A stretch of DNA of 64,000 nt from NCBI GenBank assembly GCA_030682795.1, contig JAUXNJ010000031.1, positions 49,772-113,771 of the forward strand, given 5' to 3'. This document shows positions 1-9,765 of this stretch, one piece after another (the first letter of the stretch is position 1; each line of letters begins with the position of its first letter). This DNA comes from Sphingobacteriaceae bacterium. GTDB lineage: Bacteria; Bacteroidota; Bacteroidia; UBA7662. Position numbers and translations under genes: made by a program. The notes below the pieces were generated by a model, which was given only the letters and a program-made list of their open reading frames with translations, made no database searches and was not told the DNA's origin.

Positions 1-8
1 GACACCTA

Positions 9-449
9 TTAAGCATTATCGCCATAGGCCATGCCAATGAGGTGGTCATCGAGCCATTGGATGCCAGAGATGGTATGGAGGTAGTAAACAGGCGCCTGCT
101 GCCCCAGCGCAAAATTGGGTTGCCGCATCCAAGTATCAAAGGCATCTGAAGAGCCAAAAACTTGCGCCCCATGCTTAAAAAGCTTGAGTAAAAGCAGCAC
201 ATGCTCTTGAAGATTCACTTTAAAAGCCATGGCCGACTGCTTGTACGCGCGAAAGGTTTTTACATTCAAGTTAAGCCAATCAGCCATTTGTTCATCGGTA
301 AAGCTGCTCGCGGCTTTAAGCATGCTCAAATGCTTGCCAGAAATGGGATGCCGTTGAAGCTCGGCCAAAACTTGCGTTTGGTTAATGCCCTGAGGCATTA
401 TCTGATAACTGGCTATAAAATCTGAAACAATGTTTTCTGTGTGATCCAT
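9..449 (-). CDS. Xre/MbcA/ParS-type antitoxin (HTH + DUF2384-like C-terminus)
   Basis: HTH-like 'FTDEQMADWLNLNVKTFRAYK'; C-terminal 'GAQVFGSSDAFDTWMRQPNFALGQQAP...TISGIQWLDDHLIGMAYG' typical of this family; TATATTTG box upstream on minus strand. Confidence 0.8.
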   Translation of the reverse strand: MDHTENIVSDFIASYQIMPQGINQTQVLAELQRHPISGKHLSMLKAASSFTDEQMADWLNLNVKTFRAYKQSAMAFKVNLQEHVLLLLKLFKHGAQVFGSSDAFDTWMRQPNFALGQQAPVYYLHTISGIQWLDDHLIGMAYGDNA

Positions 450-506
450 AAAACCCCCTTCACAAATATAGGTATTTTCGGACTTTCAAAAAACCTTTTT
501 TACCTT

Positions 507-1352
507 TTATTTTCTCGCCCCCTTCATCATCCCAAAAAAGGCCCGCAGCTGTTCCCTCGGAAAAAGATTGGCGAACATATTAAACTGTCCGGCCTGCAAG
601 CGTTCGCCCCCGTCGATGGTTACGCATTCTCCCGTCATGTAGGCACTCATATCGCTCATCATAAAAGTGGCCAGCCAGCCGAGCTCTTCGTGCTTGCCGT
701 AGCGGCCTGCGGGAATGCCTTTCATGTACTTTTCTTCGATCGATTTGTCGGGCAGCAAGCGGCTCCACGCCCCTTCCGTGGGAAATGGCCCCGGTGCAAT
801 AGCGTTTAAACGGATGCCGTAGTGTGCCCATTCCACGGCCAGCGAATTGGTGAGTGCATATACCCCAGCTTTGGCACAGGCTGAAGGCAGTACGAAGGCC
901 GAACCTGTTTCGGTATAGGTTGTGACGATGTTGAGCACCACTGCTCCTTTGCGCTCAGCGGCGATGTTGAGCTTGCCAAAATGCTGGGTGCAGTTAAAAG
1001 TGCCTTTGAGCACAATGTCGACCACCGTATTAAAGGCATTCGGAGATAGGTCTTCGGAAGCCGACAAAAAATTACCGGCAGCATTGTTCACCAAGCCATT
1101 GATGCCGCCCATCCGAGCTTCGAGCCGGGCCATCATGGCACCCACAGCCTCATAGTCGCGCACATCGCAGCTTTCATAAATGGCGTTGTGACCAATTTCA
1201 CCCACTGCCTTTTGCAGTTTTTCTTCGCCCCTGCCACAAATGGCCACTTGAGCGCCCAGTGAAGCAAACATCTTGGCCATGGCCAACCCCAAACCGCTGC
1301 CACCACCGGTGACTAAAATATTTTTGCCTGATAAAGTATCGTTTGTAAACAT
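507..1352 (-). CDS. SDR oxidoreductase, 2,4-dienoyl-CoA reductase-like
   Basis: TGGGSGLG, NNAAGNF, SACAKAG, IAPGPFPTEGA motifs; ATG at 1352 preferred over 1370. Confidence 0.85.
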   Translation of the reverse strand: MFTNDTLSGKNILVTGGGSGLGLAMAKMFASLGAQVAICGRGEEKLQKAVGEIGHNAIYESCDVRDYEAVGAMMARLEARMGGINGLVNNAAGNFLSASEDLSPNAFNTVVDIVLKGTFNCTQHFGKLNIAAERKGAVVLNIVTTYTETGSAFVLPSACAKAGVYALTNSLAVEWAHYGIRLNAIAPGPFPTEGAWSRLLPDKSIEEKYMKGIPAGRYGKHEELGWLATFMMSDMSAYMTGECVTIDGGERLQAGQFNMFANLFPREQLRAFFGMMKGARK

Positions 1353-1469
1353 GTTATGAATTTTCTCCAAGATACTTAGCCCTTCGGCAATTGCAAAATA
1401 AAAGCGAATGCTGCTTTATAATTTGAAGCTATGCTACGAATGACTATTTTTGCATTTCAAATCAATGTC

Positions 1470-1670
1470 ATGAAATTCAAACTCAGCATTCTTTTCGCCC
1501 TCCTTACTTTGGCTTATTTCGGCTTTATTGCCTTCACAGGCATTACCAATCCTGATGCTTTGGGCTATACCGAATTGCTCATTTTTTGTGGTCTACTGGC
1601 CGGCGTGAGTTATTTTGTAACCATGGGTGCTTTTGAAGACATTGACAACGAGCGCAAAGCAGCGAAGTGA
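1470..1670 (+). CDS. Small two-TM membrane protein (66 aa)
   Basis: Two hydrophobic stretches; stop overlaps the Fur GTG start (GTGA); TATTTTTG box upstream. Confidence 0.6.
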   Translation: MKFKLSILFALLTLAYFGFIAFTGITNPDALGYTELLIFCGLLAGVSYFVTMGAFEDIDNERKAAK

Positions 1671-2086
1671 GTAGCAAAGCGCGTGATCTTTTAAAGTCGC
1701 ATGCGCTGAGGCAAACTGATGCCCGCATGGAGGTACTCGATTTTATCATCGATAGCCAACGTGCTGTGTCGCAACCAGAGCTCGAGCACGCTTTGGTGCA
1801 TAAATTCGATCGGGTAACGCTCTACCGTACCCTCAATACTTTCAACGAAAACGGCTTGCTGCACACGGTGGCGGATAGCAGCGGCAGCATGAAATACGCC
1901 CTTTGCAACACCCATTGCGAGGGCAAGGACCACCACCACGAACACCTGCATTTTCACTGCACTTCTTGTTCCGAAACAGTTTGTTTCGACGACGTTATGG
2001 TTAACCGGCCCGAACTGCCTGCCGGTTATGCGGCTACCGACTACAACTTTGTGGTTAACGGCATTTGTCGCAAGTGTAAGGCCTAA
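1667..2086 (+). CDS. Fur-family transcriptional regulator
   Basis: [29 protein letters not shown] and C-terminal CRKC metal motifs. Confidence 0.9.
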   Translation: MSSKARDLLKSHALRQTDARMEVLDFIIDSQRAVSQPELEHALVHKFDRVTLYRTLNTFNENGLLHTVADSSGSMKYALCNTHCEGKDHHHEHLHFHCTSCSETVCFDDVMVNRPELPAGYAATDYNFVVNGICRKCKA

Positions 2087-3117
2087 GCACTTCTTCGCGC
2101 GTTGGCAAAGGCCACCAGCGACAACATCACCGGCACTTCTACCAAAACGCCCACCACCGTTACCAAGGCAGCGGGCGATGCTAGTCCGAATAACGAAATG
2201 GCCACAGCCACCGATAGCTCAAAGAAGTTACTGGCGCCAATGAGGGCAGCTGGCGCGGCTACGGCATGCGGCAAGTTTAATTTGCGCGCCCCAAACCAAG
2301 CCACAAAAAATATAAAATAGGTTTGCAGGATCAGGGGGATGGCAATGAGCGCTATGATGAGCGGGTTGTTCAAGATATTGCCTCCCTGAAAAGCAAACAA
2401 CAGCACCAAGGTGAGCAGCAAGGCCAAAATCGACACCGGCTTAAATAGCGGCAAAAAAGCTTCGTTAAACCAAACTGCCCCCTTTTTTTGGATCAAGATA
2501 CGGTTGGTGAGGTAGCCTGCCAGCAACGGTACCACTACAAAGAGTCCTACCGAGGCAAAAAGCGTAGCATAAGGAATTTGAATATCGGTAATGCCAAGCA
2601 ACAGTCCCACAATGGGCACAAAAGCCACTAAAATAATAAGGTCATTCACCGACACCTGCACCAGCGTATAATTGGCGTCCCCTTTGGTGAGGTAGCTCCA
2701 AACAAAAACCATGGCGGTACAAGGAGCTGCTCCCAGTAAAATGGCGCCGGCAATGTATTCACCAGCCTGCGCAGGGTCGATCCAGGCCGCAAACAACTTC
2801 GTAAAAAATATCCAGGCAAAAAAGGCCATGGTAAAAGGCTTGATCAGCCAATTCACCGCTACGGTTAGCAGCACCCCCTTCGGCTTTTTGCCTACATCTT
2901 TGATGCTGCTGAAGTCTATTTGCAACATCATCGGATAAATCATGAGCCAAATAAGCACAGCAATGGGCAAATTTACCCCGTAAAACTCGAGCTGACTCAA
3001 GGCCGTAACCGCTGTGGGCGCAAAATGCCCAATGGCCAAGCCGATGAGGATGCACAAGGCTACCCAAAGACTCAAATACTTCTCAAAAAAACCAATACCT
3101 GCAGTTTCCTTTTCCAT
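2083..3117 (-). CDS. acr3: ACR3-family arsenite efflux transporter
   Basis: [51 protein letters not shown]. Confidence 0.95.
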   Translation of the reverse strand: MEKETAGIGFFEKYLSLWVALCILIGLAIGHFAPTAVTALSQLEFYGVNLPIAVLIWLMIYPMMLQIDFSSIKDVGKKPKGVLLTVAVNWLIKPFTMAFFAWIFFTKLFAAWIDPAQAGEYIAGAILLGAAPCTAMVFVWSYLTKGDANYTLVQVSVNDLIILVAFVPIVGLLLGITDIQIPYATLFASVGLFVVVPLLAGYLTNRILIQKKGAVWFNEAFLPLFKPVSILALLLTLVLLFAFQGGNILNNPLIIALIAIPLILQTYFIFFVAWFGARKLNLPHAVAAPAALIGASNFFELSVAVAISLFGLASPAALVTVVGVLVEVPVMLSLVAFANARRSA

Positions 3118-3121
3118 GCCG

Positions 3122-3145
3122 CTAATCTATCGTAATTTTACGATA
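3122..3145 (-). promoter_or_regulatory. acr3 promoter (-7-like box TAGATTAG) overlapped by an 8-2-8 inverted repeat, a likely ArsR-type operator
   Basis: TATCGTAA-TT-TTACGATA at 3128-3145 is a perfect inverted repeat abutting the box located 4 nt from the acr3 ATG. Confidence 0.6.
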
Positions 3146-3220
3146 TATCCAGCATTTCTGTCACATTCAAACCTTTGCATCTCGCCTAAAAAAGATAGCT
3201 TTGTAGTCTCAACCACACCC

Positions 3221-4507
3221 ATGCAGTACCAAAACACCCTTGAATTTGCCCAAACTTGCGATGCTCAGGATGCATTAGCCAGCTACCGTCAGCAGTTTCA
3301 TTTTCCTCAGCACCAAGGCCGTAACACCTATTATTTCACAGGTAATTCGCTTGGCTTGATGCCCAAAAAGGTACGGGAGTACATAGAAACCGAGCTAAAA
3401 AGCTGGGAAACCTACGGGGTGGAAGGCCATTTTGAAGGCCCAAACCCCTGGATGCACTACCACAAGCTGTTCAGCGAAAAAGCAGCCAAAATAGTAGGCG
3501 CCAAACCCCTTGAGGTTGTGGTCATGAACACGCTCACCACCAATTTACATTTGTTGATGGTGAGTTTTTACCGCCCTACTGCCGAGCGTTTTAAGATTAT
3601 TATGGAGGGAGGCGCTTTTCCTTCCGACCAATATGCGGTGGAGAGTCAGGTGAAGTTTCACGGCTTTGCCCCCGAAGCGGCCATTATTGAACTGGTGCCA
3701 CGCCCGGGTGAAGACCATTTGCGGCATGAAGACATCCTCCAAACCATCAAAACCCACGGGGCCAGCACGGCCCTCGTGATGCTGGGTGGGGTGAATTATT
3801 ATACCGGGCAGTTGTTTAACATGGCCGAGATTACCCAGGCGGGACAAGCCGCTGGCGCCGTGGTGGGGTTCGACCTCGCCCATGCCGCGGGCAATGTGCC
3901 TTTGCAGCTGCACGACTGGAACGTGGATTTCGCTTGTTGGTGCAGTTATAAGTACTTGAACAGCGGTCCTGGCGGTCCCTCCGGGATCTTCGTACACGAG
4001 CGCCACGCCCACAACCCTGCACTGCCTCGTTTTGCAGGCTGGTGGGGGCACGACGAAAGTGAGCGTTTTAAAATGCGCAAAGGATTTCAGCCCATGCCAG
4101 GGGCAGCTGGCTGGCAGCTTAGCAACGCACAGGTAATGGCCATGGCACCGCATTTGGCTGCTTTAGATATTTTTGATGCAGTAGGCATGCCAGCTTTGCG
4201 CGCTAAATCGGAGCAACTTACCGGCTATTTGGCCTTTTTATTGGCGGCCCTGCAGCAAAAACACCCGCACAGTGGCCTCAACATCATCACCCCCAAACAG
4301 CCGCACGAACGCGGGTGTCAGCAGTCTATTTTACTCCCCAAAATCGGCCGCCAAGTGTTTGAGCATCTCCAAAAAAACGGGGTGATTGCCGACTGGCGCG
4401 AACCCGATGTGATCAGGGTGGCCCCGGTGCCGCTCTACAACAGCTTCGAAGACGTGTACCATTTGTGTCAACTTTTAGATGAAGCTTTACAAATGTTTGA
4501 GAATTAG
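3221..4507 (+). CDS. kynU: Kynureninase
   Basis: GNSLGL, DLAHAAGN, WCSYKYLNSGPG (PLP lysine), DWREPDVIRVAPVPLYN; ATG at 3221 follows a TAGCTTTG box. Confidence 0.95.
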   Translation: MQYQNTLEFAQTCDAQDALASYRQQFHFPQHQGRNTYYFTGNSLGLMPKKVREYIETELKSWETYGVEGHFEGPNPWMHYHKLFSEKAAKIVGAKPLEVVVMNTLTTNLHLLMVSFYRPTAERFKIIMEGGAFPSDQYAVESQVKFHGFAPEAAIIELVPRPGEDHLRHEDILQTIKTHGASTALVMLGGVNYYTGQLFNMAEITQAGQAAGAVVGFDLAHAAGNVPLQLHDWNVDFACWCSYKYLNSGPGGPSGIFVHERHAHNPALPRFAGWWGHDESERFKMRKGFQPMPGAAGWQLSNAQVMAMAPHLAALDIFDAVGMPALRAKSEQLTGYLAFLLAALQQKHPHSGLNIITPKQPHERGCQQSILLPKIGRQVFEHLQKNGVIADWREPDVIRVAPVPLYNSFEDVYHLCQLLDEALQMFEN

Positions 4508-4516
4508 TAATTTTAG

Positions 4517-4549
4517 ACGCGCTCAGGTAATACCAAGAGCGCGTTTTTT
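4517..4549 (+). terminator. Intrinsic terminator after kynU
   Basis: ACGCGCTC-N12-GAGCGCGT followed by a T run. Confidence 0.7.
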
Positions 4550-4585
4550 ACGTTCGCTCTCCGTTAAAACCTACCATACCCTCTA

Positions 4586-6970
4586 ATGAAACCCTATCAA
4601 CAACTGCTCGTATTGCTTTTGCTGGTCTTGCCCACGCAACTCTTCGCCCAAAGTCAACGCATTACCCTCAGTGGTTATGTGCGCGAAGCCGGCAGCCGCG
4701 AAACCTTGCTCGGCGCCAACATCTATGTACCTGAGCTCAAAAATGGTACAGTAACCAATGCCTACGGCTTTTACAGCATCACCCTGCCAGCGGGTGAGTA
4801 CACCTTTAATTTCTCGTATGTAGGTTACCAAACACAGAGCATCAAAATCAGTCTCAACAAAAACCAGGTCTTCGATGTGAACCTCATTCCCTCCACCAAT
4901 TTGCAAGAGGTAGTCGTAACCGACGATCGCATGTTGCGGCAAGCTGAGAACCCACAAATGAGTACTGTAGAACTGAGCGCCCGTCAAATACAAGAAGTAC
5001 CCACCATTTTTGGAGAGAAAGATGTGATGAAAACCCTGCAGCTTATGCCTGGGGTACAATCGGGCAACGAAGGCCAGTCGGGTATTTATGTACGTGGTGG
5101 CGGTCCCGACCAAAACCTCATTCTCCTCGACGAAGCCACTGTATACAATGCCTCCCACCTGTTCGGCTTTTTTTCGGTCTTTAACGGCGATGCCATCAAA
5201 AATGTGACCCTCACCAAAGGCGGCTTTCCGGCGCGTTATGGCGGCAGGCTCTCGAGCGTGGTCGATATTAGTATGAAAGATGGCGATAAGTCTAAGTTTG
5301 GCGGGGAAGCCGGCGTAGGCTTAATCAGCTCCAAATTGCTGCTCGAAGGTCCCATCGTAAAAAACAAAGCCTCCTTTATAGTTTCTGGTAGAAGGACCTA
5401 CGTAGATGCCTTGGTAGCCCCTTTGGTAGCATTGGCCGAACCAGGCACTTCTGCAGGTTATTATTTTTACGACTTTAATGCTAAGGTCAACTATGAATTA
5501 GACCGCAAAAACCGGCTATACCTCAGTGGCTATTTTGGTAGAGATGTTTTTTATGCCGGCTACAAAGAACCGGGCTACGATTCACGCGCTGGCATTAATT
5601 GGGGTAACCGCACCGGTACTTTGCGTTGGAACCACCAATACAGCGACAAGCTCTTCATGAATACCTCCGTGATTATGAGCGATTATGAATTCAGCACCTA
5701 TGCACGCGATATTTATGTTCCCGATACTTTCCAACTGCGATATGGGAGCAGTATTCGTGATTATGGAATGAAATACGATGTGGACTATTTGCCGAATGCC
5801 AACCACAAAATCAAAATGGGGGCGCAGATTACCAGACACATCTTTATTCCAACCGCCTTCGTTATTAAAGATTCCGAATTTCCTGAATTCAACATCGATC
5901 GCGTAGCCAAAGAATTATCGGTTGAGTCGGGTTTGTATGTGGAAGACCAATGGCGCATTAATGAGCGATTTGAGGCCAATATCGGCCTGCGATTGAGTCA
6001 GTTTTACGCCGAAAAAAAGAACTATTGGCGACTCGAACCCCGCTTTAGCAGCCGCTACATGCTCACCGATGAAAGCTCCATCAAAGCAGCTTTCAGCATG
6101 ATGAACCAGTACATGCACTTGCTCAGCAATACGGGCATTGGTTTGCCTACCGACCTTTGGGTACCTGCAAACAGCATCATCGGCCCACAAAAGTCGATTC
6201 AATACGCCCTCGGCTATTCGCGCGATGTAAAAAAGAAAAACCTCACGTTTAGCGCCGAGAGTTACTACAAGCGTTCCGACAATGTAATCACCTATAAACC
6301 CGGGGCCTCGTTTTTATTAGCTGATTTTGAAGATGTATTAGACGGTGAGGTGATTGATGTAAAGTGGGAAAAGCAGGTGACCACTGGCACCGCCACTTCT
6401 TACGGACTGGAGCTTTTGGCCCAGAAGCATCGCGGTCGGTTTAATGGCTGGATAGGCTACACCCTCAGTAAAACCGAGATGCAGTTCGACGAAATCAACA
6501 GTGGTTTGCCCTTTCCTGCGCGCTATGACCGCCGACACGACCTCAGTATTGTGACCTTTTTTGATGTGAAAGAGGGTAAAAACAATGAAAACAACATCAA
6601 ACTGTCAGCCGTGTTTGTATATGGCACAGGCAATGCGGTAACGCTGCCACAAGCCAACTACCAGGCACCAAGCAACAATCCAAATGCCGGCCAAAATGGT
6701 GGCGGCTGGGGTGGCTGGGCTTACAGCGTGACCGATTATGGGGCGATGAATTCCTACCGCATGGCGCCGTACCACCGCATGGACCTATCCGTACAATTTA
6801 TCAAGGCCAAAAGCTTCGGAGAGCGGGTCATTGAGTTAAGTGTGTATAACCTTTACAACCGCGCCAATCCTTGGTTTTTAGACACCAGCATTCGCAACGG
6901 ACAATCGGTCCTTGTGCAATACAGCCTTTTTGGCATAGTTCCTTCGATCAGCTACATAGCCCGTTTTTAA
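4586..6970 (+). CDS. TonB-dependent receptor (N-terminal carboxypeptidase-regulatory-like domain + plug + barrel)
   Basis: Signal peptide; TNAYGFYSITL; YVRGGGPDQNLILLD plug; FPARYGGRLSSV; C-terminal Phe. Confidence 0.92.
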   Translation: MKPYQQLLVLLLLVLPTQLFAQSQRITLSGYVREAGSRETLLGANIYVPELKNGTVTNAYGFYSITLPAGEYTFNFSYVGYQTQSIKISLNKNQVFDVNLIPSTNLQEVVVTDDRMLRQAENPQMSTVELSARQIQEVPTIFGEKDVMKTLQLMPGVQSGNEGQSGIYVRGGGPDQNLILLDEATVYNASHLFGFFSVFNGDAIKNVTLTKGGFPARYGGRLSSVVDISMKDGDKSKFGGEAGVGLISSKLLLEGPIVKNKASFIVSGRRTYVDALVAPLVALAEPGTSAGYYFYDFNAKVNYELDRKNRLYLSGYFGRDVFYAGYKEPGYDSRAGINWGNRTGTLRWNHQYSDKLFMNTSVIMSDYEFSTYARDIYVPDTFQLRYGSSIRDYGMKYDVDYLPNANHKIKMGAQITRHIFIPTAFVIKDSEFPEFNIDRVAKELSVESGLYVEDQWRINERFEANIGLRLSQFYAEKKNYWRLEPRFSSRYMLTDESSIKAAFSMMNQYMHLLSNTGIGLPTDLWVPANSIIGPQKSIQYALGYSRDVKKKNLTFSAESYYKRSDNVITYKPGASFLLADFEDVLDGEVIDVKWEKQVTTGTATSYGLELLAQKHRGRFNGWIGYTLSKTEMQFDEINSGLPFPARYDRRHDLSIVTFFDVKEGKNNENNIKLSAVFVYGTGNAVTLPQANYQAPSNNPNAGQNGGGWGGWAYSVTDYGAMNSYRMAPYHRMDLSVQFIKAKSFGERVIELSVYNLYNRANPWFLDTSIRNGQSVLVQYSLFGIVPSISYIARF

Positions 6971-6971
6971 T

Positions 6972-7832
6972 ATGAAAAAGCTATTCCCCATCCTCTTCTT
7001 GCTGCTTGCCACTACGGCTTGCCGCGAAACCGTGATCAGCACGGCAAACATTAACATCCCTGTAAAACTTGTTGTTGGTTGCTTTATTAGTCCTCAAGAC
7101 GACACCTTGTATGCCACCGTTACCCTGTCAAAACCCCTTTACAAGCGCAACGGCAATCAGTTTGATTTCGAAACTGTGACCAATGCCACTGTACAAATTA
7201 GCGACGGGAGCACTAGCGCCACCTTTACCTATAACAGCGATTTAGGCCGCTATTTACTTCCAAGAGCTACTTTCAACATTCAATCAGGCCGCACTTACCA
7301 ACTAGAAGTTAGCACACCTGACGGCAAGCGCATAAAAGCTTCCACCACCGTTCCCGCACCTCAAAATTTCAATTTCACCTTACAACTCACCAATACCAGC
7401 ACCAGTCCTGATGACAGTAGGTACCTGATGGATGCGCGTTGGCAAGGGGTTCCCGGCCCTGAGCGCAATTATCGCTTCATTTATGGTATCAGAACCGTGT
7501 CTAGTTTCGATGACTACGAGTACTGGCCCACTGCTGATGAATGGAATGCCTCACAATATTTCAGCGATTTGACCCAAGAAAATCGTAATTATCGCTTTCG
7601 TGAAACGATTTATGCCGGCTGGAGGAATCCTTTCGATAGCACACAAATCAGCCTTACCGCTGTGCTACAAGAATTAGATATTCACAGTTACCGCTATTTC
7701 ACTTCTTTAGCCGCCCAACTAACTACTGGCGGTGGCTTCAGTGAACCTGTTGTAATTTATAGCAATGTAGAAGATGGTCTAGGTTGTTTTGGCTCCCATT
7801 ATCAATATAAAATTCAGCGCGATTCGCTGTAA
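6972..7832 (+). CDS. DUF4249-like lipoprotein
   Basis: Lipobox TTAC; C-terminal FSEPVVIYSNVEDGLGCF; starts 1 nt after the TonB receptor stop, the usual pairing. Confidence 0.8.
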   Translation: MKKLFPILFLLLATTACRETVISTANINIPVKLVVGCFISPQDDTLYATVTLSKPLYKRNGNQFDFETVTNATVQISDGSTSATFTYNSDLGRYLLPRATFNIQSGRTYQLEVSTPDGKRIKASTTVPAPQNFNFTLQLTNTSTSPDDSRYLMDARWQGVPGPERNYRFIYGIRTVSSFDDYEYWPTADEWNASQYFSDLTQENRNYRFRETIYAGWRNPFDSTQISLTAVLQELDIHSYRYFTSLAAQLTTGGGFSEPVVIYSNVEDGLGCFGSHYQYKIQRDSL

Positions 7833-7853
7833 TTTGCTTCGTATCTTTGGGCT

Positions 7854-9224
7854 ATGCCAGTAAGTAGTCCGAACAAAAACATGACCATCCTGGGAGCCGG
7901 CTTGGTGGGTTCCCTCCTCTCCATTTATCTCAAACGCCGCGGCTATAACGTAGACATCTACGAGCGCCGGCCCGATTTGCGTCAAGCAGGTGCTTATGGC
8001 GGGCGTTCAATCAACTTGGCCCTCAGCGACCGGGGCTTTGCCTCGCTCAAGCGCATTGGGTTAGACGATGAAATCCGCAAAGTAGGCATACCCATGCACG
8101 GCCGCATGATGCATGATGTAAAGGGCCAACTCACCTACCAGGCCTATGGCAAGGATGGACAAAGCATTTATTCGGTCTCTCGCGGCGGCTTAAACTTCAA
8201 GCTCATGGATTTGGCAGAAGCCGAAGGGGTGCGTTTGCATTTTAACCTGCGCTGCAATGAGGTGGATTTGGCTGAGCAAACCTTGCATTTTGAGCATGGC
8301 GATACCCGCCAAAAAATGTCGCTACCCTACGAAAGGCTTTTTGGTACTGATGGTGCTTTTTCGGCCTTGCGCGCCAGCATGATGAAGACCGACCGCTTTG
8401 AGTACAGCCAAGATTACCTGCCGCATGGCTACAAAGAGCTCACCATCCCAGCTACACCCGAGGGCGAGTTTGCCATGGAACCGAATGCCCTGCACATTTG
8501 GCCAAGAGGGCATTTTATGATGATTGCCTTGCCGAATCCCGACAAAAGCTTCACCTGCACTCTCTTTTTCCCATACGAAGGCAGTCCTTCCTTCTCCGAA
8601 ATCAATACCCCCGCCGATTTAATGGCCTTTTTTGAGACCTATTTCGCCGATACCATTCCAATGATGCCCGCTTTGGTAGAGGAATATTTCGCAAACCCCA
8701 CCCCCTCCCTGGTAACGATAAGGTCGTTCCCATGGAAATACAGCGACTCAGCCCTCCTCATGGGCGACGCTTCCCACGCCATTGTGCCCTTTTATGGCCA
8801 AGGCATGAACTCCGGCTTCGAAGATGCCCGGGTATTTGACGAGCTTTTTGAGCAAATTGGAGAAGATTGGGAGCAGCTGTTCAGCGCTTTCCAGTTGTCG
8901 CGCAAGCCCGATGCCGATGCCATTGCCGACCTGGCCAAAGCCAATTTTGTGGAGATGCGCGATAAAGTGGCCGATGCAGACTTTTTACTGCGCAAAAAAA
9001 TCGAAGCCAAAATCAACGAAAAATATCCGAACGTTTGGATTCCGCTGTACACCATGGTGACTTTTAGTCCGGGCATCCGCTACTCCGAAGCCTTGGCGCG
9101 GGGCAAATACCAGGATGGCCTCATGGATCAGCTCATGGCCATGGGTAATTGGTACGAGCAATTCGACAGTCCTGCTCTAGACCTCGCGATTGATGAAATT
9201 GTGGCCAAATACCATTTCCAATGA
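7854..9224 (+). CDS. kmo: Kynurenine 3-monooxygenase
   Basis: GAGLVG, GRSINLALS, LHIWPRG, GDASHAIVPFYGQGMNSGFED. Confidence 0.95.
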   Translation: MPVSSPNKNMTILGAGLVGSLLSIYLKRRGYNVDIYERRPDLRQAGAYGGRSINLALSDRGFASLKRIGLDDEIRKVGIPMHGRMMHDVKGQLTYQAYGKDGQSIYSVSRGGLNFKLMDLAEAEGVRLHFNLRCNEVDLAEQTLHFEHGDTRQKMSLPYERLFGTDGAFSALRASMMKTDRFEYSQDYLPHGYKELTIPATPEGEFAMEPNALHIWPRGHFMMIALPNPDKSFTCTLFFPYEGSPSFSEINTPADLMAFFETYFADTIPMMPALVEEYFANPTPSLVTIRSFPWKYSDSALLMGDASHAIVPFYGQGMNSGFEDARVFDELFEQIGEDWEQLFSAFQLSRKPDADAIADLAKANFVEMRDKVADADFLLRKKIEAKINEKYPNVWIPLYTMVTFSPGIRYSEALARGKYQDGLMDQLMAMGNWYEQFDSPALDLAIDEIVAKYHFQ

Positions 9225-9688
9225 ACCGCAGCAGCGTTCACAATATCCGGCAGGTACTCCTTTTTAGAGGGGTGGCCTTTGGCATCGTTGGTCTGGGTAC
9301 CTTAGCACTCTTTTCCGACATCGATGAAATTACGCGCATGGCTTTGTTCATTGGCTCACTGGTGGTACTCATTAGCTTTTGGTTGATGGTGCAGCCCGGT
9401 TATTTGGCTTTTGAAACAGCCCAGGGCAAAATTTTGATCAGCACCGACAAAGAAGATAAATCGGAGTTCTTCCTCATCATGCCCGCCAACGAACTGGCCG
9501 GTTACGAAATTGAAAAAAGTCATGCAGGCTTGCGCCGAAAGCTGTTTTTATACCGCAAAACGCCCAAAGGCTTTATGAAAAGCAAGGCCATTCCCATGAG
9601 TTTGTTCACTGCGCATCAAACCCTCCAAATGTGCGCCCAACTCGACGCCATGGTTGCGGCCAATGGCTTTGGGCATTTGAAGCTTTAA
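9221..9688 (+). CDS. Hypothetical protein with two N-terminal TM helices
   Basis: ATGA overlap with kmo; hydrophobic N-terminus and soluble C-terminal domain. Confidence 0.7.
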   Translation: MNRSSVHNIRQVLLFRGVAFGIVGLGTLALFSDIDEITRMALFIGSLVVLISFWLMVQPGYLAFETAQGKILISTDKEDKSEFFLIMPANELAGYEIEKSHAGLRRKLFLYRKTPKGFMKSKAIPMSLFTAHQTLQMCAQLDAMVAANGFGHLKL

Positions 9689-9765
9689 CAATAGCGCGTG
9701 ATTTGTATCCCATCACAAATAATCACACGGCCAGATAAACAGCCCTAGAAAAATAATACCACCGC

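Noticed and set aside
3014-3220. N-terminal extensions of kynU (and similarly of 24468, 32037, 43256, 55957 and 61173 ORF starts)
   Set aside because: They overlap neighbouring genes or promoters and lack family-like sequence; downstream starts fit promoter boxes or signal peptides better.
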